Under the pieces are notes generated by a model. The model worked only from the letters and a program-made list of their open reading frames with translations, was not told where the DNA came from and did no database searches. A DNA stretch of 6,664 nt, taken from a virus (Duplodnaviria > Heunggongvirae > Uroviricota > Caudoviricetes). Location of the stretch: the IMG/VR virus record IMGVR_UViG_2526164633_000050; one strand, given 5' to 3'. Both the position numbers and the translations under genes were made by a program. This document shows positions 1 to 5,674 of the stretch, piece after piece (position 1 is the stretch's first letter; every line of letters begins with the position of its first letter).

Positions 1-1278
1 GTACTGCCATCCGCCCTGCGCCAGTCTTCAGCCCGTAAACCGTTACCGGCCTCACTTCCCCGTGAAACCCGGGTCATCCGGCCGGAAGAGGAATGCTGCC
101 CGGCCTGTGGTGGTGACCTCAGTCCTCTGGGGTGTGATGTGTCAGAGCAACTGGAGCTTATCAGCAGCGCCTTTAAGGTTATCGAAACACAACGTCCGAA
201 ACTGGCCTGTTGTCGGTGCGACCATATCGTGCAGGCAACAGTACCTTCAAAACCCATTGCACGCAGTTATGCCGGAGCGGGGCTTCTGGCCCATGTTGTT
301 ACCGGGAAATATGCAGACCATCTGCCGTTATACCGCCAGTCAGAAATATACCGTCGCCAGGGCGTGGAGCTGAGCCGCGCCACGCTGGGGCGCTGGACAG
401 GTGCCGTTGCTGAACTGCTGGAGCCGCTGTATGACGTCCTGCGCCAGTATGTGCTGATGCCCGGTAAAGTCCATGCTGATGATATCCCCGTCCCGGTCCA
501 GGAGCCGGGCAGCGGTAAAACCCGGACCGCCCGGCTGTGGGTCTACGTCCGTGATGACCGTAACGCCGGTTCGGAAATGCCCCCGGCGGTCTGGTTCGCG
601 TACTCACCGGACCGGAAAGGTATCCATCCACAAAATCATCTGGCCGGTTACAGCGGTGTGCTTCAGGCCGATGCTTACGGTGGTTACCGGGTGTTATACG
701 AATCCGGCAGAATAACGGAAGCCGCGTGTATGGCTCATGCCCGGAGAAAAATCCACGATGTGCATGCAAGAGTGCCCACCGACATCACCACGGAAGCCCT
801 GCAGCGTATCGGTGAACTGTATGCCATAGAGGCAGAAGTCCGGGGATGTACAGCAGAACAGCGTCTGGCGGCAAGAAAAGCCAGAGCTGCGCCACTGATG
901 CAGTCACTGTATGACTGGATACAGACTCAGATGAAAACACTGTCGCGTCACTCGGATACGGCAAAAGCGTTCGCATACCTGCTGAAACAGTGGGATGGCC
1001 TGAACGTGTACTGCAGTAATGGCTGGGTGGAAATCGACAACAACATCGCAGAGAACGCCTTACGGGGAGTGGCCGTAGGCCGGAAAAACTGGCTGTTCGC
1101 GGGTTCCGACAGCGGTGGCGAACATGCGGCGGTGTTGTACTCGCTGATCGGCACATGCCGTCTGAACAATGTGGAACCAGAAAAATGGCTGCGTTACGTC
1201 ATTGAGCATATCCAGGATTGGCCGGCAAACCGGGTACGCGATCTGTTGCCCTGGAAAGTTGATCTGACCTCTCAGTAA
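1..1278 (+). CDS. tnpC: IS66-family transposase (TnpC-like), 5'-partial; continues upstream of window
   Basis: Frame 1 is open from base 1 to TAA at 1276-1278. Translation (VLPSALRQ...[27 protein letters not shown]...LWVYVRDDR...[17 protein letters not shown]...[54 protein letters not shown]) matches remembered IS66 TnpC hallmarks: N-terminal Cys-rich zinc-finger, central catalytic region, conserved C-terminal block. ORF-track start at 139 is an internal Met. Confidence 0.93.
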   Translation, partial: VLPSALRQSSARKPLPASLPRETRVIRPEEECCPACGGDLSPLGCDVSEQLELISSAFKVIETQRPKLACCRCDHIVQATVPSKPIARSYAGAGLLAHVVTGKYADHLPLYRQSEIYRRQGVELSRATLGRWTGAVAELLEPLYDVLRQYVLMPGKVHADDIPVPVQEPGSGKTRTARLWVYVRDDRNAGSEMPPAVWFAYSPDRKGIHPQNHLAGYSGVLQADAYGGYRVLYESGRITEAACMAHARRKIHDVHARVPTDITTEALQRIGELYAIEAEVRGCTAEQRLAARKARAAPLMQSLYDWIQTQMKTLSRHSDTAKAFAYLLKQWDGLNVYCSNGWVEIDNNIAENALRGVAVGRKNWLFAGSDSGGEHAAVLYSLIGTCRLNNVEPEKWLRYVIEHIQDWPANRVRDLLPWKVDLTSQ

Positions 1279-1308
1279 ATATCAATACGGTTCTGGCGAG
1301 CCGCTTAC
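1..1308 (+). mobile_element. IS66-family insertion sequence, right-hand portion (left part outside window)
   Basis: Contains the TnpC ORF. The 30 nt after its stop end in ...GCCGCTTAC at 1308, whose reverse complement starts GTAAGCG, the typical IS66-family terminal inverted-repeat start. Exact end is inferred because the left end is not available for comparison. Confidence 0.7.
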
Positions 1309-1565
1309 TTGCTGATGATGCTTTGTGCCAGCTTTTCACGCTGTCCGGCTTCCTCAAGGGATGCCATGAGTTTTTTACCCACGGTGGATTGTGCGAAAAA
1401 GGCTTCCTCCTTCGCTTCCTGTTCTTCCAGAGCCTTTTTGTCTGCCTCAAGGTAGTAACGGATGGCGCGTTGCAGGTCGGTTTCAGTTTCCTGCCTGTGC
1501 TCCGTAAATCTGGCCGGATCAATGGCTGGCCGTGGTTCATTCCAGCTCCATGCAAACTCATTCAT
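1305..1565 (-). CDS. hypothetical prophage protein, 3' end interrupted by the IS66 terminus
   Basis: ATG at 1565..1563 overlaps the TGA of the upstream ORF (ATGA, + strand tcat 1562-1565). The frame runs to TAA at 1307..1305, which lies inside the inferred IS terminus, and the last sense codon (1310..1308) spans the junction. ORF-track start at 1592 is a GTG. Confidence 0.5.
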   Translation of the reverse strand: MNEFAWSWNEPRPAIDPARFTEHRQETETDLQRAIRYYLEADKKALEEQEAKEEAFFAQSTVGKKLMASLEEAGQREKLAQSIISK

Positions 1566-1951
1566 GGCTGGTATCCCGTCACGCGCTGCCACTCCTGCGA
1601 GAAGAGGGCAGAAAGGCGGTTAAATTCAGCGGTGTATTCACTCAGCGAGGCACACCCGCCAGCAGTGCGATGCGCCAGCATTGCCGCAAATACGGAGGCC
1701 GGGGAGTCGTAATACGCCAGCAGTGATTCTCCGTGTGGTGTCAGGCAGTGCAACGCCAGCCCGTGTGGTGTGAAGTCCACGCGGTAGCAGTCGTCTACTG
1801 TGAAATAAAGGGTGTCTGCATTCTCCGGTTTTGTGGTGCGTGCTCTGTTGTCACGACCACGGATGTAGAGATCAAATAATCCCTGAAGAACGGGAGCCAG
1901 ACGGGTGTCCTGTGTGCGCACCCATCTTGTGAAGTCATGAGCGTCAATCAT
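1562..1951 (-). CDS. hypothetical prophage protein (129 aa)
   Basis: ATG at 1951 preceded by AAAGAGAA; 129-codon ORF ending TGA 1564..1562, translationally coupled to the next ORF. Not recognised as any named family. Confidence 0.55.
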   Translation of the reverse strand: MIDAHDFTRWVRTQDTRLAPVLQGLFDLYIRGRDNRARTTKPENADTLYFTVDDCYRVDFTPHGLALHCLTPHGESLLAYYDSPASVFAAMLAHRTAGGCASLSEYTAEFNRLSALFSQEWQRVTGYQP

Positions 1952-2023
1952 GCTGCAATTCTCTTTACTACAGATGTGCGAAGGCCTCCCGCCGCAAGGT
2001 GCAGGAAAGGCCCGGAACAGGAA

Positions 2024-2254
2024 TTAATGGAGTTTGTTTTGCTGCTGGAAGAGTTGTTGCAGCTCGCGCAGATCATCCGCCAGATAGCTGAAAACAGAGG
2101 CGGAATAGATGTTCGATAGCGCGTGGCTGCGCTCATGCAGCATATTGATGTGCATGATTTGCGCGACGCGTGATGCGCGGAAAAGTCTACGGTTGATTTC
2201 AGTCTGGATGTGACGACGCGCAGCGTATGCGCGCTGTTGTTTGCGGTTTGCCAT
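2024..2254 (-). CDS. hypothetical small basic protein (76 aa, Arg/Lys-rich N-terminus)
   Basis: ATG at 2254 preceded by AAGAGG with about 8 nt spacing; stop TAA 2026..2024. Sits downstream of the minus-strand terminator and a putative promoter in 2390-2425. Confidence 0.5.
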   Translation of the reverse strand: MANRKQQRAYAARRHIQTEINRRLFRASRVAQIMHINMLHERSHALSNIYSASVFSYLADDLRELQQLFQQQNKLH

Positions 2255-2431
2255 GGTGTGGCCTCTTTGCTCGGTGATAGAAATAGCTCACCATCCAGAG
2301 TTGAGAATCTCGGGGTGGCGAGACGTACAGGGTTCTCAACACCGGAGAGCAAAGAATCCGGCCCGACCGAAGTCGGCCCCGTACGCCCCGCCATAATTCT
2401 GACGCGAAAAAGACGTGGCAATACAGTACGC

Positions 2432-2456
2432 ACAAAAAAACCGCTGGCGCGGTTAT
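2432..2456 (-). terminator. putative rho-independent terminator (minus strand)
   Basis: Minus strand reads AACCGC-GCCA-GCGGTT (perfect 6-bp stem, 4-nt loop; + coords 2439-2454) followed by a 7-T run (including the two stem Ts) then GTG (A-run at + 2434-2440). Lies about 120 nt downstream of the ORF ending at 2577. Confidence 0.5.
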
Positions 2457-2526
2457 GCGCTTTGCTCTGTATCGGGTTGAGAATCCCGGCACCCGTTTTA
2501 TGAGGTGCAGCGGAAATGTAACCTGA

Positions 2527-2555
2527 CCGATTGCGGCATGGCAAGCGGTTTTTTT
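2527..2555 (+). terminator. putative rho-independent terminator (plus strand)
   Basis: CCGATTGC (2527-2534) / loop GGCATG / GCAAGCGG (2541-2548): 7 of 8 pairs with one A-G mismatch, followed by TTTTTTT (2549-2555). No convincing plus-strand gene lies upstream. Confidence 0.45.
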
Positions 2556-2576
2556 GTGTGTGCATGTTCTGGTTTC

Positions 2577-2876
2577 TTACTGGTTCAGAAAAAAATCAAA
2601 AACCTTGTCAATGCGTTGCAGCAGCTCTTGCTGCATTGCTTCCGGCGTTTCCGGTTCGCCAGGTGCCCCCAGCGTTGCGCAGAAATCAGCGATTTCATGA
2701 TGGAGCGTCAGGCGAATGGCAGGAGCCGTGGTTCTGGCGTGCTCCAGCTGATCCAGCAGTGCCAGCACAGCAGACGGCGAGAGCATTGCGCGAAATGCCA
2801 GTAATTTTTGAGGAGTTGCCATTCGTTGCAGGGCAAATGCCAGTTCGCGTAGCTTCTGGTGGTTGATGGTGCTCAT
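2577..2876 (-). CDS. hypothetical early-operon protein (99 aa)
   Basis: ATG at 2876 overlaps the TGA of the upstream ORF (ATGA, + tcat 2873-2876); stop TAA 2579..2577. Last ORF before the minus-strand terminator. Confidence 0.6.
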   Translation of the reverse strand: MSTINHQKLRELAFALQRMATPQKLLAFRAMLSPSAVLALLDQLEHARTTAPAIRLTLHHEIADFCATLGAPGEPETPEAMQQELLQRIDKVFDFFLNQ

Positions 2877-3139
2877 GTTCTGGCTTCCTTCAGTAGCTGG
2901 TTAAACATGTGAGTAAGTGGATTGCTACACCCGAACGGCATCGGGTTTACTTGGTAAGAAGCCTGGCCTCCAGTTTTGCGAGCGCGACCACCTGTGCTGC
3001 GGTTTGTTCTGATGACTAAGCCGCCGCGCCAAAGTTGGCGTAACTCAGCATTAATGGCTGTGGTTGGAGTATTCAGTGCTGCGGCGATCTCTCCGCCGCT
3101 ACACCCCGGATGAGTAGCGATGTAGTCCAGAATGGTCAT
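2873..3139 (-). CDS. hypothetical early-operon protein (88 aa), possible helix-turn-helix DNA binder
   Basis: ATG at 3139 overlaps the upstream stop (ATGA, + tcat 3136-3139). N-terminal segment DYIATHPGCSGGEIAAALNTPTTAINAELRQLWRGGLV resembles an HTH/winged-helix pattern; this is inference only. Confidence 0.55.
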   Translation of the reverse strand: MTILDYIATHPGCSGGEIAAALNTPTTAINAELRQLWRGGLVIRTNRSTGGRARKTGGQASYQVNPMPFGCSNPLTHMFNQLLKEART

Positions 3140-3339
3140 CTGCGTGGCTCCTGTACTTGTCGGATAAGATTCACCCGCGCCACGTTGGTGGCGCAGAAAT
3201 AAGTGCCGTCAGTGAGGTAGATGTGGTGCGCATCCTTTTCCGAACGATGTTTGTCGATAGTGGTAATCAGGCGTTCGTCGACCTCGTATTCGCGCCCTCT
3301 GGAGGTAAAGCGAACGACGGAAAAATGCTTAATTGCCAT
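3136..3339 (-). CDS. hypothetical early-operon protein (67 aa)
   Basis: ATG at 3339 preceded by AAGGGGG; stop TGA 3138..3136, coupled to the next gene. Confidence 0.55.
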   Translation of the reverse strand: MAIKHFSVVRFTSRGREYEVDERLITTIDKHRSEKDAHHIYLTDGTYFCATNVARVNLIRQVQEPRR

Positions 3340-3362
3340 TGCGCCCCCTTTGTCCAGTAACC

Positions 3363-3701
3363 CTATGCGTTAAATACGGCACGTTGCGCGTCATCAATGA
3401 ATACAGCTTGAGAGCGTTCTATCAGGCGGAGATTTGTCAGAAGCTCAGACTCTTTTGTGTGGTAAGGCGTTATCAGGTATTTGCCGTGCAGTTCGGCAAT
3501 AATGGTGTATTGCGGCATCATTGCTGAACCAAGAATATAAATGCAGCGTCCAATGCTGGACGGATTCATGGCTGCAACTGTTGACTGTGTTTTAAGAGTG
3601 TCGATTTCTTTGCTCTGTTCCTCAATAATTTTGGCTGCGTCAGCGGTGATTTTTGCAATGGTCAGTGCGTGAAGTGCTGCCATATGTTGGCTACGCTTCA
3701 C
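3363..3701 (-). CDS. hypothetical early-operon protein; start uncertain (GTG 3701 or ATG 3683), probably the frameshifted continuation of an ORF starting at ATG 3778
   Basis: Long open frame ending TAG 3365..3363. The frame is open upstream to 3779 but the only in-frame starts (GTG 3701, ATG 3683) lack a Shine-Dalgarno. A strong RBS+ATG at 3778 is in another frame and joins this one at an A7 run (see findings). Confidence 0.55.
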   Translation of the reverse strand: MKRSQHMAALHALTIAKITADAAKIIEEQSKEIDTLKTQSTVAAMNPSSIGRCIYILGSAMMPQYTIIAELHGKYLITPYHTKESELLTNLRLIERSQAVFIDDAQRAVFNA

Positions 3702-3870
3702 GGCATCTTTAGCCGTTTCATCTTCCGCTTCTGATATTTTTTTAATGTGTTGATAATGCCTTCTTCTTTTGTGTTCATTTTATATCTCCGTTATTTACGT
3801 GTGCGAATACCTCCGCGAATGCGGATAGTTTTCAGGTTTTCGGGTTTAATCTGGTGTTTTGTTTAAGCTG

Positions 3871-3984
3871 TTATTCGTCAGTGAAAAAGCGTTCAATCTT
3901 TTTTACTGAATGAATAATTCGCATAATCCCAATGGCGCAGGCCACCGAAATAATCAGAACAAGCCATGAGATAAATATACTCAT
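3871..3984 (-). CDS. putative small membrane peptide (37 aa: MSIFISWLVLIISVACAIGIMRIIHSVKKIERFFTDE)
   Basis: Not in the ORF track (short). ATG 3984..3982 overlaps the TGA of the 80-aa ORF (ATGA, + tcat 3981-3984) and is preceded by GGGGA about 7 nt upstream; stop TAA 3873..3871. One predicted hydrophobic helix followed by a charged tail. Confidence 0.4.
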   Translation of the reverse strand: MSIFISWLVLIISVACAIGIMRIIHSVKKIERFFTDE

Positions 3985-4223
3985 GCGATATTCCCCAGCT
4001 TATACGGTTCAATATGTTCCCCGCATTCTGCGGCACAGATCAGCTCGGAAAGTTCGTTAAGTGCATCCAGATCATCAGCGTAAAAAGCGACGTCATACAA
4101 ACTCCGGATTGCCCTGGTCAATGAGTCACGAGCTGCACGTTCAGCATGAGCGCCTGATGCACTTAAGCGAAAATAAAATCGTTCAAGTGCTTTGTTAATG
4201 AGAGTTTTATATTCTTTGCCCAT
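3981..4223 (-). CDS. hypothetical early-operon protein (80 aa)
   Basis: ATG at 4223 with AAAGGG upstream; stop TGA 3983..3981. Confidence 0.55.
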   Translation of the reverse strand: MGKEYKTLINKALERFYFRLSASGAHAERAARDSLTRAIRSLYDVAFYADDLDALNELSELICAAECGEHIEPYKLGNIA

Positions 4224-4234
4224 CGCAACGCCCT

Positions 4235-4513
4235 TTAATCTGCTTTCTGAATTTCAGCTTCTGAATCCATACAAATAATTTCGATATATGGTTCATCGCC
4301 ATTAACCTGACGTGCCTTTTCAGCTTCGCTAATGATTTCTCGCACGGTCTGGTACGGAAGCTCCACAGTCAGGCGCGTACCGTTCAGATAAACGTAAGTA
4401 GCTGCGTTTTTTTCGGATGGAACAACTCCGTCAATGGCTGATGCGCGTAATAACAGTTCACCGCGAAAATCAATAAAACGGATAAATACACCTTGTGCAT
4501 GCTCTTTGGTCAT
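4235..4513 (-). CDS. hypothetical early-operon protein (92 aa from ATG 4513)
   Basis: ORF-track start at 4573 is a TTG inside the upstream gene. ATG at 4513 is preceded by AGGTG and lies 10 nt after the upstream stop; stop TAA 4237..4235. Confidence 0.55.
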   Translation of the reverse strand: MTKEHAQGVFIRFIDFRGELLLRASAIDGVVPSEKNAATYVYLNGTRLTVELPYQTVREIISEAEKARQVNGDEPYIEIICMDSEAEIQKAD

Positions 4514-4523
4514 AAAGCACCTG

Positions 4524-4865
4524 TTATAAATCAGCCTGTTTAATAAAACTTTGCCCACGAAACAGACGATCAACCGTGCGAAGTGCTTCGTATAATGTGA
4601 AATCCTGCCCGAATTGATTGTCGCCGTAGCTCAATGCAAAAATGCGGTTTCCGGTAAACGGATTGCGTGGGCATTTGTGGATCACGATTCCAGCTTTCTC
4701 AATCAGCCAGGCATGCTCGCCGATTTGTTTTACTGGGTAGCCATCCGGCGTTGCGTGTGTATCACTCAGGCTGTAGCGGATGTTGCTGCGTGATGCACTG
4801 GTAGCGAAACGGTTAGCGTGGCGTTCAGCACCATTACGAAAGCGTGAATTACGTTGCTGTTTCAT
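4524..4865 (-). CDS. hypothetical early-operon protein (113 aa, basic N-terminus)
   Basis: ATG at 4865 preceded by GGGAG with about 6 nt spacing; stop TAA 4526..4524. Second gene of the leftward operon, 18 nt after the cox-like stop. Confidence 0.6.
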   Translation of the reverse strand: MKQQRNSRFRNGAERHANRFATSASRSNIRYSLSDTHATPDGYPVKQIGEHAWLIEKAGIVIHKCPRNPFTGNRIFALSYGDNQFGQDFTLYEALRTVDRLFRGQSFIKQADL

Positions 4866-4883
4866 ATCAAAACTCCCTGCATC

Positions 4884-5210
4884 TCATGCAGCAAAATTAA
4901 GAAAGCCTAATCCCAAATCTTCCGCCAGCTTCTTGGCTTTCTTAAGCCAGTGATTGCGCCAATCTTTACGCTCAGGAGGAAGCTGTTTCGTTGCGTCATA
5001 GACCATTTCGAGCCACTCATTCCAAAGGATGAGAAGACGGCGTGAACTCCCTTCCTCGCCTAAAACCTCGCGCTCAGTAGTTAGAGGGATGAGTCGACGC
5101 TCTACCAACTTTCTTACGGCTGATTCGGTCTTACCTGTGCGGCGGGAAAACTCATCGACGGTGATGGGGTCTGGGATCTTAAACAATGCCCTCAATAGTT
5201 CTTCATTCAT
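4884..5210 (-). CDS. Cox-like small DNA-binding protein (putative excision/lysis-lysogeny regulator), 108 aa
   Basis: First gene transcribed divergently from the repressor. ATG at 5210 has the best RBS (GGGAGA, 7-nt spacer); ORF-track start 5279 and ATG 5267 have none. HTH-like segment ITVDEFSRRTGKTESAVRKLVERRLIP and C-terminal PERKDWRNHWL resemble remembered P2 Cox. Position and size fit a cox/apl-type gene. Confidence 0.6.
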   Translation of the reverse strand: MNEELLRALFKIPDPITVDEFSRRTGKTESAVRKLVERRLIPLTTEREVLGEEGSSRRLLILWNEWLEMVYDATKQLPPERKDWRNHWLKKAKKLAEDLGLGFLNFAA

Positions 5211-5305
5211 GTGATAATCTCCCTGTTTGGGGTATTTCTTGCGACGGATGCCCCAAATCAAACTCATTTGTATAAACATTAATACAGACGTTGGAGAATT
5301 GCAAC
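5211..5305. promoter_or_regulatory. putative lysis-lysogeny switch region (divergent early and repressor promoters with inverted-repeat operator candidate)
   Basis: 95-bp gap between divergent cox-like and C-like genes. Inverted repeat TTTGGGG (5226-5232) / CCCCAAA (5251-5257) with 18-bp spacer. Candidate leftward promoter TTGCAA (5299-5304), 17 nt, TAATGT (minus; + 5276-5281). Candidate rightward -10 TATAAA (5271-5276). Promoter calls are pattern matches only. Confidence 0.45.
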
Positions 5306-5608
5306 ATGCGTATGACTATTGGAGAGCGCATAAAAATCATGCGTGAAAGCGAGAGACTTACTAGCCTCCCGGATACAGCAAAAATGCTTGGTTTAAACCG
5401 TGATGCTCTGTGGAGATATGAAAGCGGTAAAACTATCCCTAATGCTGAAGTAATTGAGCAAATACTAAACAACCCCAGATTTGAGAAATATGCGTTGTGG
5501 TTTATGACTGGGAAAATTGCGCCTGAATCCGGGCAGATAGCTCCGGCTCTCGCACACTATGGGCAAGAGCCAACGGACTTACCCCCATCCGAAAGGAAAA
5601 TTGGCTAA
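5306..5608 (+). CDS. P2 C-type immunity repressor (about 100 aa)
   Basis: ATG at 5306 preceded by GGAGA at 5293-5297; ORF-track start 5291 is 15 nt upstream in frame. N-terminal HTH-like region and the block YALWFMTGKIAPESGQIAPALAHYGQ resemble remembered P2 C repressor. Immediately upstream of the integrase on the same strand, as in P2. Confidence 0.8.
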   Translation: MRMTIGERIKIMRESERLTSLPDTAKMLGLNRDALWRYESGKTIPNAEVIEQILNNPRFEKYALWFMTGKIAPESGQIAPALAHYGQEPTDLPPSERKIG

Positions 5609-5674
5609 CCCTTTATTATTCTTACGTTTTACAAACTGGAAATGTCTTTCCTCGTTTCACCGGAGGGCTTGCCA

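Noticed and set aside
907-924. LexA-box-like CTGT-N10-ACAG
   Set aside because: Spacing is 10 rather than the 8 of an SOS box, and it lies inside the transposase coding sequence.
299-1169. Minus-strand ORFs 299..769, 785..1156 and 948..1169 inside the transposase gene
   Set aside because: They fully overlap the well-supported IS66 TnpC frame on the opposite strand and have low-complexity Arg/Pro/Ser-rich translations typical of shadow ORFs in GC-rich coding sequence.
1952-2026. The 76-aa and 129-aa ORFs are in the same frame, separated by one TAA and 24 stop-free codons: possible nonsense-split gene or readthrough
   Set aside because: Both ORFs have their own RBS-like sequences, and 24 stop-free codons occur by chance about 30 percent of the time, so this is not evidence for a single ancestral gene.
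2848-2860. Chi-like sequence TCTGGTGG
   Set aside because: One mismatch to the GCTGGTGG Chi octamer; not a Chi site.
1323-2866. Plus-strand ORFs 1323..1712, 1532..1726, 1937..2119, 2210..2503, 2505..2804, 2531..2866 and minus-strand ORFs 1948..2565, 2199..2492
   Set aside because: They are antisense to, or out of frame with, better-supported minus-strand genes (RBS plus ATGA coupling), start at alternative codons, lack SD sequences and give low-complexity translations. ORF 2210..2503 does end 24 nt before the plus-strand terminator, so it is noted but not called.
3157-3527. Plus-strand ORFs 3157..3360 and 3333..3527
   Set aside because: Antisense to the minus-strand early genes; no RBS; likely shadow frames.
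5642-5674. ORF-track integrase start at ATG 5642 (and longer starts for the cox-like and C-like genes at 5279 and 5291)
   Set aside because: The downstream starts (5675, 5210, 5306) have proper Shine-Dalgarno sequences and match the expected N-termini and sizes of P2 Int, Cox and C; the extensions would remove the intergenic switch region.
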